This document shows positions 52,326 to 64,000 of a stretch of DNA of 64,000 bases, piece after piece (within the stretch, counting starts at the first letter, position 1; each line of letters begins with the position of its first letter). The notes beneath the pieces are model-generated. The model was not told where the DNA came from. It searched no databases and was given only the letters and a program-made list of their open reading frames with translations. Position numbers and translations under genes: made by a program. Origin of the DNA: Geosiphon pyriformis uo1 (Eukaryota > Fungi > Glomeromycota); contig JAAOMT010000436.1 in assembly GCA_016748015.1 (NCBI GenBank), forward strand, positions 631,522 to 695,521, written 5' to 3'.

Positions 52326-54396
52326 TAGAGAATTCTAGGAATACAAACTTAAATACAATGAAATCTTGGAGTTTGTTAGCCAAGCTTTGATACCATGAAT
52401 TGGCAGTATTTTGGAGAAAGTAAGGAATGGCCGGCATGGCTCTGGTGTCATTCCAGCCATTGGCTGCGATGACTTTCTCCATATTGTTTAGCCACACTTG
52501 GGCGTCGTCTTTTTTGCCAGTGAATTTCTCAAGTTTTGCTATTGAAGCATAGGCCATTGGATCGATGTTTGGTTGTTGCAGTTGTTGTTGTGGCTGTTAA
52601 AGCGGCTGCTGTGGTTGTTAAGGTAGTTGAAGTAGCTGCTGTTGCTGTTCGTTGATTGATGGAGCTGAATTAATTACAATTACTGAAGGTAAGTGTTGTT
52701 GATTATTAATGTCAGGGTTTTGATTGTTCTGATTGTGCTGCATTTGAAAATTCGGAGTCTCAATTTCCGGATTTTCCAAATTTGGATTTTGTTGAGTCTG
52801 AAAATTTGGGGTTTCAATGTTCGGGTTTTCTGGGATCAAGTTTTGGTAAGTAAATTTTTGATCTTCAGATTCTTCTTCCCTTTTCTCTTGTTTTTCTTCC
52901 AAATTTGTTACTTTCCAGGAACTCACAGTTCTGAAATCTGGTTGGGATGGTGGAGATCAAAGTCCTGATGGCGTTGACAATTGTGACTTAAATCCTTTGA
53001 AATACACGTTATATGGTTTTAAAAAATCTTCTTTCTTTTGTTTACTCTGAAATAGAAATCATCCAAAGGTTAATATCGTGTGTAATGTGGACATGCCTGT
53101 TGATGTAATGTTGATGGTGCTTTTAGGTGTATAGTAGTATAATGGATTTGTTGGTGATTCAACTCTGGTTTTCTTCCAAGTGGGTGGTTGTATTTGTTTT
53201 GGTGTCACTGCTGGTGTTTGCAACCTTCCTTTGTCTTTATTTGCATAGATAATAGGGAATTGTTGTTGTGTGTATCTTTCAATGGTTTGGTTGATTTTCC
53301 TGATGATTGTAGTTTCTTGGTAAACTGGTATGTTGAAATAATTCTGTATAGAAATTTTCTCTTACGACTTCAATGTTAACTGTTCCTCTTAAGCAGTCTG
53401 TGATTTTATTGTTAACATAGAAGTTAAAGACTGATTCTGCTGGGAAATGATTATTGTTTAATTCTAATTGTTGGCTGTACTGTTGAAACAAGAATTTAGC
53501 GAATCCTAAATGGTTTGCTTCTATGATTTCTGATTCTGCCACTTTTGGATGATTGTGGTTGGTGCTGGTTCTCTGTAAGATTATACTTCACAGAGAGCAC
53601 CAAATATTACAGATGTTTATTTGGAATCTTAAGTCAAATAACAAATTCATAACTTGGTGCTTGGTTGGTATTCCAATGTTGAGATCTGAAGGTTTTGGTA
53701 ATCTGAAGATTCATTGTGGAGTTCTTTGTATAATGAACAGAGATTTAATAGTTGTTTTCAGTAGTCTTCCAGAATCGCAATTTCATCAAATTTCTTTCTC
53801 AGCATGGTGGCCAGTAATTCTCCTGGTAAGCTATTCTCAAATTTATAAGTGTTCTACTCTTGTTTCACAGGTCTTTTACCAGTCCCTATAACGTCTGTAT
53901 TTCAGTGCTTAACCCTTAATCAATTTAGTAAAACCAAAAAAATAACAAAAAGAAATAAAAGAAAAATAAAGAAAAATAAAGAAATAAACAAAAGCAATTG
54001 CAAGTTAGTATTCCGTCAATAGCCATGATCAAGAGTTATTGTTCTAGTGTGGTTAAGTATCAATTACTATCAACATAAAGTGTTGATAGTGGGGAGTGAT
54101 TTAAAATAGTAAATAATTATTTATTGATATTTGTGATGTAAGAGATTTCTAACTGATGGATTCTGTTCTTTCTACTTTTAGCACTACTGCTATATATACA
54201 TAATTGATGTTCTATGAGATCACTTACATTCTCAAGCAATGTGCTATAATTTCTTAAGCAATGCTTACATTGCTGAGCAATGTGCCATGATTTATATCAT
54301 TGCTCTATATTGTTGAGCAATATGCTCATGTGTTAAATACTATTCAACTATTGGTCTACTATTTTCCTTATATCTGTTTCCTTTTTATGAATAACA
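52326..54396 (-). mobile_element. LTR retrotransposon family C, 5' fragment (LTR 53605-54396, PBS ~53587-53602, N-terminal gag)
   Basis: gag MAYASIAKLEKFTG...AANGWND...IPYFL; PBS TGGTGCTCTCTGTGA; LTR TGTTATT...TGTAATA. Confidence 0.8.
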
Positions 54397-57300
54397 ATAC
54401 AGAGCCAATTTTTAGTGGTATAAGACTTTCTTGGATTAGATTAAATTTAATTTAATATGAAAAATGTGGATATTTTGAATACTTTGTTCTAAAATATAAT
54501 TTATCTGATGTTTTTGTTTTTTTATCTCCCAAAATATTTAAAAAAATAATCTTAGGTGAGAATTGTCTTTAATTTATTAAGCTGTATATTAAGAAATGTG
54601 TTTTTATCTCTTATTTTGCTGCTTTTGATGACAAGTCATGGGCTCAAATAACTTTGTTGGCTTTTGTTTTTGATAAAGCTTTCTTAGATTTTGGCTTGAG
54701 ATTTTTTTTTCAAGTATCTTACTTGTAAATAAAATACTTTTTGCACCATAAAATAACTTTTCTATTGGTAATTAGTTGGCTTTTTTAGAATAATTTTTGG
54801 AGCTCTTAACTAACCAGATATTTAGAATTGTGCAAAAACTAAGCAATATAGATTTGATATCTTTGGTGCTTATTTATTAATTCTTATTATTGATAATTTC
54901 TGTGCTAATATTTTTAATAGTAGATTTAGGCATAACTTTAAATAATCTTCTGTTGCTGTTTTCTACTTTTTCTTTAATAACTTTAGATAAAAATTTGGTT
55001 CTTGGTTTAAGTAGCTTAAAGGTTTTAATTATTAAAATAGATGGCTTAAAGTCAAAGATAATAGTTTTTAAAGCTTCAATTAGTTCAGTTTTAATAAGAT
55101 TAAATTAGTTATATACTGGCTTAGTTTTTTGTGTAAATTCCTCTTTCCAATAAGTAATTTTGTTTGGAAAATGACTATATATAATATTAAAAGCATAAAC
55201 AATCTAACAAATTAAATTTTGAATAAAAAATATGTTTTAGAGTATAAAAGGCTTTGTTTTTGGTCTAAACACTAGTTATATAAGAGCTAGAATGACAATA
55301 GTAATGAACAATACTTTAACTTAACATATATATAAAATCTTAGAAGTTTTAAGTTATTTTATTTCAATATATTTATTGTTTAGCAACAAAATTTCAGTAA
55401 TAATTTTGGGTTTATATATTGATGCTTCAACTAATGTAAGATTTGATCAAGTCTATAAAGTAAATTTTTGTATTATCAAAGCAATTAATTTAAGTTTTCA
55501 TGTAATACTAAATGGTAATTTCAATAAAAATGGAAAGAGATATAATGTAAGTTTCAAAAATTGTGTTGATCTGAATTTTTATAGCTCTTTTTTTAATAGA
55601 CTGGTTGTCAAACTTCTAACTTGGAACAATTTAAAAAGTGTAAAAAAGATTATTGACTATATTTTTGTTAGTAAATATCTTTTATTATCTGTAATAAGTC
55701 AAAGTATTAATAGTGTGTCTGAATTTTTTGATATTAACTACAAGGTTGTTATAGTTTCTTTTGGCCTAAATGGTTTTGTAAACAGATATTTAAATATTAT
55801 TTGAAAACATGCTAATAAAAACCAATAGAAATTTGGAATTAAGGATGCTAATAATACTAAATAAACTTATTTTAAAGAATATGTTTCCAATAGGCTTTTT
55901 AGAGTAATAAATAGATTTATGAAGAATAAGATTCTAGGTAATTTGAATGTTATATAAGAAATATTAAGAAAAATAATAGTGAACTTAGCAGACACAGTTT
56001 TTTCTAAACACTAATTTAAAGAGTTTAATCAATTGAGAAATAAGCAATCTTTAAAATTTCTTAGACTAGAATTGTTGATTGCCAAAAGTATTAAGAAGCT
56101 GAATTTAAGTAATAAGTCTAAATATGATTATTTTTTTAAGAAGTGGTTAATAATTAATAATAAAAAGACCTCCAAATTGATGTTTTGGTTCAAAATAACA
56201 TAAAATCAGAAGATATTGCTAAACATTTGTTAATAATCAAAAGAATATATAAGAAATCTAAATATTATGAATCAAAAATAACTGAAAAAATGCCCATTAA
56301 AAAAGTGGATAAAAAATGGATAAAAAATTTCAGTTCTAATAAGAGAAACATGATAAAAAGTATTTTAAAATAGTTTTTTTGCAAAGTAGTTTTTGATCAT
56401 TTGATAATTAGAAAAGAGCTGGTTTTAAAGCCAAATGAGATAAAATTTAGAGTTGATAAAATTATGATAAATTGAACAAGGAAACAAAAAGTTTTTTTTG
56501 TGTTAAATAATATATAATCTTATTAATATGTACTATTAAACTATATAAAAAATAATGTTTTTGCTAATATGATAAATAAGATCAGCATATATGAATTATT
56601 TTTGATAATTAATAATTTGTTAGATAACAAAGCTGTTAGTCTATTTGGCATATTAAATGAGCTTTGAAAACATTATAATAATAAAATAATAGGATGTTTT
56701 TTGAGTTTACTAAACTTTTTTTTGGTTTTTAATAAAGTTTTAATTCTTTAAAAAAGAGCTTAGGTCTTAATAATTTCTAAACTTTATAATTGAAATAGCA
56801 TTTTAACAAACACACAACCTATTGCATTAAATAAAACAGCAAAAAAAATTTTGTTAAAGATTCTGTTAGACCAGATTTTGTTAGTTTATACCAGATATAA
56901 TGTTTTTTGAGATGACAATTTTTTGGTTTTAAAGAGTATTTCAACTCAGTTTTTTGTATTTGCTATTTATTTGGTTGTAGAAAATGCTTTGAAAAAAAAC
57001 TGCAAAATTTGATTAGTTCTACAAAACATATACAAAGCTTATAATTTAGTTAAAAGATATTACTTAAAAGCTAGTTTAAAATATATCAAAATATATAGCA
57101 GATTTATTAAGTTTTTTGGCAATATATACAAAAACAGAATCAATAAGATAATAACAGATTTTGGTCTTTTAAATAATTACAAAATACAAGATAGGCTTGA
57201 TTATAGCAAGATATTTTCACTATTTTTGTGAAGAATTTTTTATAATCTTTTTTTATGTGAGGTTAAAAGACAAGGACATTTATATAGATATAGAATTAAT

Positions 57301-59877
57301 ACAAACTTTATAGCAAAAACAGGCAGAGTAAAAATGAATAAAGATAGATTTTTTTTTTGCAGCAGATGTATTTGTCAATAATACAATTTGAATAAAAAAT
57401 AGTTAAGTATCAACACAGTATATTTTGAATATAATTAATAAGTTTTTTATAATTAATAACATTTTTATTAACAATAACAAAACTGCAATAATTCTTATTA
57501 ATTAAAGAATTGTAAATGCTTCTTTATACATTAGTGGTTAGCCAATATTTATGGCCAAACATAACAAGTTTCACAAATATTTGAAGATATTTGTATTAAT
57601 AAAAGACATGTCTAAGTCTAATCTTGTTAAAACACATTTTGATATTAAGTTTTTTTTTAATCTAATATTTAAAAAAACAGTATTAAATAAACAATTCTCA
57701 TATTTGGTTTCAATAGTTTTATAGTCTATCATTAATTACTGAATGCAGTTCAGTTTTATATCTAAAAATATGTGTTAAAAATGTGATGTTATATTAAGAA
57801 AAAGATTAAAATTCAAGACTAATCTATCAAAAAACTTCTCTAACAAAACTTTGTATCATCTTTCACTTTATAGATTAAAAATTTTTGAACAAATTCAGAC
57901 AGAAAACAAAATTGTTTTTTTTGGTTATGTTTGCTAATACATTAAGAATTCTTAAATAATTGTTCAAGTATTGTTTTCTGAACTTGCAAATTTTGGAATA
58001 GACTTTATAAAATCTTTTACAATATCTTATTAAGTTGAAAATTAGTTCTGTAAATAATTTTTTAGCAGATATTGTGAAATTTTTTTTGGATAACAAGATT
58101 TTTATAGCCAATAGCTTATTTAATACTTTTTATGATTCAAAGCATTTTTTGATATTAGAAATTTTAGGGAACTTCTTTTATTATAATGTAATTTACTTTT
58201 TGAAGTACTTTGATATTATTTTTAATAACAGATTGTTGAATAAATAGGGATTGGTTATGAGTTAAAAAACTTTTTGTTAAATAAAAAGACTAAGTTTTAG
58301 AAGTCCAATGTCATTGTAATTTAAAAAGACTTTAACTTATATAAATAATTATGATATAAGTTTTAATAAGACTATTTTTGCTTCTAATTGCTCAAATTTC
58401 TTTTATTCATCTACTTTTTTAAATGTTTGTAATTATTTGTATGGATTGTGGGCTAAATTATTTAATGTTTATACAGATAGATCATTAAAATTATTAAGTA
58501 TTATAGAAATAGTTGATAGAATAACAGTTTGTTTTTTTGATATTAAAATAGATATAAATATAAAAATAAATAGAATGTTATTTTTTATAATGTCAGAACT
58601 TCAAAAAATTGCTTTGGTATTGAAGTGTATTTTTTCATTATGCTTAATAATAGTATATATAAACAGTTAAGCAGCTTTAAATACATGTGTTTTAAAATTA
58701 GTGCTTCTTTTATTGAACTTTTAGAACAAATGCTGAGTAGAAAAACATTATATAATTAACTTAATCAGATTTAATAATATTTCTGTTAAGTGGATTAAAG
58801 ATTACTTAAGGAATATTAATAATAACAAAGCTAATAATCTTACATGTAATACAGCAATTTTTGGCTTTGTTTTTCTTATTGGGATTTGTAAAAAGTTCAT
58901 TATGGCTAATGACTAAATTGTATTAGAAAATGCTTGCCACTTTGATTGAAATATTTGCAGAATAATTTGTAGAGCTTAGTAAAAGACAGACTCAGATATA
59001 AAAGTTGTAAATAAGACATTGGTTGGAATTATAAATTGGATTAATACAACAGCAGTTTGGCATTCAAACTTCCATATGCTGTCAGATTTTATAGACAAAA
59101 TTTCAACAATTCTTTGCACATATCTGATAAGACCAGTTTATAAAAAACTATCAGTTGCTATTAGAAAGAAGCTTTATAATAAAGATTATTCAGAGGTGTT
59201 GTGTTTAATATGTAATAATATTGAATTGCCTGATTATGTATTTACTTGCTTGAAAAATACTTTGATATATTCTGAGATTTTGCTAAGCCATATTAATTTG
59301 TAAAAATTTTTAGTGGTTGAATGTTTTCTATTATTGTCTTTGGTATTGTGTATTCTTTTTTCAAGAATATTAAATATTAGTATTTATGTAAATTTATGTA
59401 AGAATTTTGTCTTTAAAAAGTAAATTGATAAGGCAGTTTTGGTTTTTGGGGATAAAAAAAAGCTGTATTGGTAGTAATCAATTTTGTTTGCCATTTGGCT
59501 AAAAAATATTGAAATAAGTTGTGATTGTTCAAAGTAAAATTTAGAGTAAACATAAAAAAAAGTGGATTAGTTAGTAATATAAAAGTAGTTAATACTGCTT
59601 TTTATGCTGTGTCTAATTGTTTATTAATAGAAGTTGTTTATTTGCTTAATATTGTTGAATTATTTGCTGTTAGTTTTGGTTTGTGCAAAACTTGTTTGTT
59701 TTTTTCAGATATTTGTAATAATATAAGAATATATATAAGTGTATAGTATTGTTTTAATTAGTTTGAATAACCAGTTATATGTAAAAAGCACATAAATTAT
59801 ATTTAGTTAAACTTACTTAGTTTGTTTCTATATATTAGATAGTAGTTAGGTCATACTTGTTAAATATAAAAAAAAAG
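54397..59877 (+). mobile_element. Degenerate LINE (ORF1 3' part, full ORF2, 3' UTR, short A tail)
   Basis: ORF1 knuckle remnant ~54460; APE ILNGNFN, IIDYIF; RT QPIAL; RNase H VYTDRSL; C-terminal CLICNNIELPDYVFTC; A-run at ~59867-59877. Confidence 0.85.
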
Positions 59878-59878
59878 A

Positions 59879-60288
59879 CAGCTTAGTTACTATTTAACAT
59901 ACAGAATTAAACTATGTAATCTTAACTAAATATAATTTATACACTTACTACATATAATTAGCTACTTAAGCTAATTTAAACAATACTATGTATCTATATA
60001 AACTATTGAACTACTATTAATACCAAAAAAAAAACATAAGGCAAATGTTTATTAAAGCTTATTGTTATGAATTTAATAATATCAAGTATATAAACTACTT
60101 TATCTAATAAAATAAACTACCTTATCTAATAAATCCAAATGTAATTTAATAGCCAACTTATTAACTCAGCTTTTTTTGTTTCCAATTTATTTTTCATATT
60201 AGCATATTATATCTTATGATAATAAAAATTAACCAAATGGTAAGAAAAATTAATCAGTACATAAATAGCTTCTTTTTTATTGTTATAT
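59879..60288 (-). mobile_element. 3' end of another LINE copy, tail-to-tail with the previous one
   Basis: Reverse complement of 59879-59990 aligns with 59743-59852. Confidence 0.75.
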
Positions 60289-63200
60289 TGTTATGGTTGA
60301 AACCCATAATTTTTATTAGTTATCACATGTATTAGTCACTGATGTCATATAATTAGCCACTCTATTTTTAGATAATGATTATTGACCTAATCATTGACTA
60401 CTTTCAATAGCTATATAAGCGATAAGTCTTTTAGCTATAGAAAATCATCTCTCAGACAAAAATCAAATAAATAAAAATAACAACTTTCATCTCAATTACT
60501 CTCTTATTACTAATTTTCCTTTCCCTACTTTCAAGTATCCAAATATCTTAGGATAAAAAATTACTTGTTGGTCTTTTCTTGTTTGAATAATTGTAGTATT
60601 TGAAGACTATTTGTATAAACATGACTGAAGAGCACAAGTTGATACCTGATATTGAATTCTAAGAGTGCCGACATAAAAGCATAGAATTAATACCAGCGGT
60701 GATCAATTGTTGACAGTATGGACTATCTCTTTACCTTCAAATTCCCCAGTTATCTTTGAAAAGAATAGCGACTGAGATATTTTATGAGACTGATCTTGCA
60801 TATTGAATCCATACTCATTCAATTTGCTCTTTAAAATTGAATTCCCTTTTGATTATTTCTATCACCCTACAATCCTGTTTTCCCTTGCTATCCATTAGCT
60901 TGTTACTTCAACCCATAACATAAAAGTAGTGCTCCCTGTGAGGTTGTCAAAATTCACTTATTTCCTTATTGTATGGGTAATTACTCATATTTGCCATAGC
61001 AATTAGAAGAACACTTTGCAGTACACAACAGAAACGACTTGGATTTCATTGAACTTAATTCTCTGCCCTCCTGCTTGATCTGTTTTCCCATTGAAGAACA
61101 ATCCAGCAGACAATTCCAAGACTTTTAGAACTGGTTCCTGAATGAGCATTCAGCTGAAACCTACACAGCCTACACAATCTATTACTTTGACCAAGCTTAC
61201 TTTGAAAACAACTTTGAAGAAAAAAACAACAATATTAATCAGCTCTTATACTCAGCAACCTTTGAACAACAACCTTCTGAATTCGAATATCTAAATCACC
61301 AAATTCACATCTGGATTACTGCCCATCAATTAGCTGAAACCTCTTTTGAAACAGAAAAAGAAAGTTACCAAACCACTCTTATTTTTGATTTCTTCCCAAG
61401 TGATTCAGATCATTCCACTCAAACAGTAACTCCTGAACCAATGGTCTAAGATCCAATGCAAGCAAACATTTTAGCCGCCCTCCAAGGCATACAAACTGCT
61501 TTGGGGCAAAGAAACAACATCCCATTACCATTATTTAGAGGTGATACACAAGATCTAATTGAATGGTTGGACAATTTTGAAAGAGCAACCATTGCCAACT
61601 AATATGATAATGAGTACAAGTTCCAAATTGTTGGTGGCTACCTTCAAGGCTCTCCTGCCACATGGTTTTCACAAGAAACCAATGCCAATGTCCAGCACAG
61701 AATTATCAAATAGATACCAGCAGATGCAGAAGAAAACAATACCTCTTTCACTACCCAGTTTGAAAACAAGTTCAGAACCCCAATCTTAATATCTAAATGG
61801 TGCATGGAACTGGAAAAAAGAACCCAAAGTCCTGATGAAGTTGTAACCAAATATGCCAAAGCAAACAGAAAGTTAATCAAGTAAGTAGACTCTGGAAGAA
61901 ACTGGACAGAAGAACAAAAGATTTACTCCTTTACAAAAGGATTGAAAACTAACTTATCTTATGCTCTTTGGCCTTTCTTGGCTCTAAAAAACAACTCTAC
62001 AATGGATATGGCTATTGAACTCACCCAAAGGATTGAAAATAACCAAAAGATGCATCTGGGATCCACACTTCCAGTTTTTGCTCCTGCTCCTGTCATGGCC
62101 CCTGCTCCTCAAGTAGCTGCTACTTTTTTTGCTGCCCAAACCCAAGACCCAAATGAACAATTGATAGATAGACTCACAGCTAATTTTGTCTGGTTATTAG
62201 AACCATTGGCACAAGCAGTCAGAGATAATTAGCAATCTCCCTATCAAAGACAGCAAAATCATGGCCCACCTGTGTGCTATTGTTGTGGATTAACTGGATA
62301 TTATTCAAGAGATTATAACAATCCTCCACTGCCTTCTTCAGCTCCCAGAAACAATAACAACCAAAACAACAGACCCAACAACAACAACAATGTCCCCAAT
62401 CAAAGACCTAATCATGCCAACATCAATTTTTTTGGAGAGGATCTCCTAGTTGAAGTTGCTGTTTATCAGCCTTTAAACTAGTAGGCACATTTCCAAAAAG
62501 TGAGAGTACAAGCCAACCAGAAAAAAACTCCTTTTATGCTTTTAACTTAACTGATAATGACTATAACATAGATGAACTAGCAATCAACACCTCAGAACCA
62601 ACCAGAAAGAAGAAGAAAGCCAAGGTTGATTTCGTTCTAGACCCCAACAAAGCCTCAACTTCTGCCGCTGATAACAATGAGCCACCAAAGGCTAAAGTTT
62701 TTAAGAATTCTCCAAAGTTGGAATCCCCAGAAATTGTACAAAAATCTGGACCCTATTCCATTGTTAAAGATATCATGGAAACCTCAGCACATATTACCTT
62801 TGGCCAGTTAATAACCCACCCACAGTTTAGAAAGGATTTTCACAAATCCTTGATTCCAAAAAAGAAGACACCAAAAACCAACAAGCGTCCTCACCAAGCT
62901 GAACTTGCTGACAATAGCAATGTTATCCCTCTGATTTGTAAAGCCCAAGTGGCTGAATACTTCATTGACTTAATTCTAGACAGTGAATCATCTGTTAGTG
63001 TTATTGCCAAACACTTTTTGGAAGCAATTGGTAAAAGGATTGATAAACTTTCCACTAGACCAATAACCAACATACATGATGACAAAAAGAAAGGACTGGG
63101 TATTGCCAAAGCTGTTTCTGTCCACATCAATGGAATCAGTATTGAAACTGACATGGAAGTTTCTGAAGCCAAGGAATACACCATCATTGTTGGCAATGAA

Positions 63201-64000
63201 TGGTTCAAGAAAACAAAAGCTTTACTTGATTATGAACTTTGTGAATTAACCATCAGATATGGTGAGAAACCCATTGTGGTTAAGTGTTGCCATTGAACAA
63301 CTTTCCCAGTACCCAAACAAAACCAAGAAGAAGAACAATCAGATAAATCAGATGATGAAGAGAGCAATGAAGAAAAAGAACAAGAAGAGCAAGAAGAAAC
63401 TACTAAACTCGCCTATACTACCTTCACCAGCAATGGCAAACCACTGAACAATGTTAAAGCAGACAAAGAAGAAATCATTGTAAATGGCAAGCTGATCTGC
63501 TGGCTTTATTATGATATTCTTAAAAGAACTTTTGAAAGAAAACCTGGCAAGAAAGCCAAATACAGTTTTTGGTAGTATGGTCCTTGTGCCCAGTGTTGGT
63601 GCAACAAACTCTTGTATTCTCCAAGCAATGAATGCAAATCATGTCTGATCTATTACAAAGATTGGGAACCAATCAGTTTGATACCCAGAGAAGAATTGAA
63701 AGAAGTACAGAAGTCCTTTGAGAATGAACCACCTGAGATCCAATCACTGGTTGTAGAACAAAAAAAACCTTCTCCAGAAGAAAGAAAAATAGACATTGAA
63801 AATTTGCTGGCTAGAAATAGCCCAGTTATTTCCAAAAAAGATGATACCCCTGGATGTACCCATGTAATACAACACACCATCACCACCAGAGAAACTCAAC
63901 TCATCCATTTGAAGCCTTATCAATCCAATCAGCACAATGATGAGTTTATCAAGAAAGAGATAAACTGGATGAAAAAACTTGAATTCATACAAGAAACCAA
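60289..64000 (+). mobile_element. Ty3/Gypsy family B copy 2 (5' LTR 60289-60920, PBS 60927-60943, gag, PR, start of RT); continues off the right edge
   Basis: Colinear with 44140-47650; TGTTATG...CATAACA LTR; PBS TAGTGCTCCCTGTGAGG; CYCCGLTGYY knuckle; LILDSES. Confidence 0.93.

Overview
Eukaryotic fungal genomic DNA. Short AT-rich spliceosomal introns, one U12-type intron, a DDX59 orthologue and the TE repertoire suggest an early-diverging fungus, probably Glomeromycotina/Mucoromycota (inference only). A ~17.5 kb island of six spliced housekeeping genes (STS1/Cut8, CMK-type CaM kinase, homocysteine S-methyltransferase, eRF3/SUP35, DDX59, SEC5; ~18.6-36.1 kb) is flanked on both sides by nested, pseudogenised retroelements. 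These are APE-RT-RNaseH LINEs in several stages of C>T/G>A decay, and three Ty3/Gypsy LTR families (called A, B, C here) inserted into them. The most unusual observation is the architecture of families A and B. In both, pol stops right after RNase H, the integrase is a separate ORF with its own ATG after a non-coding spacer, and a third non-env ORF lies between integrase and the 3' LTR. Family A also carries a dUTPase and Cys-rich modules between protease and RT. Old repeats have lost most C and G, including outside CpG, which resembles RIP. All calls were made by eye. Coordinates in AT-rich relics are approximate.
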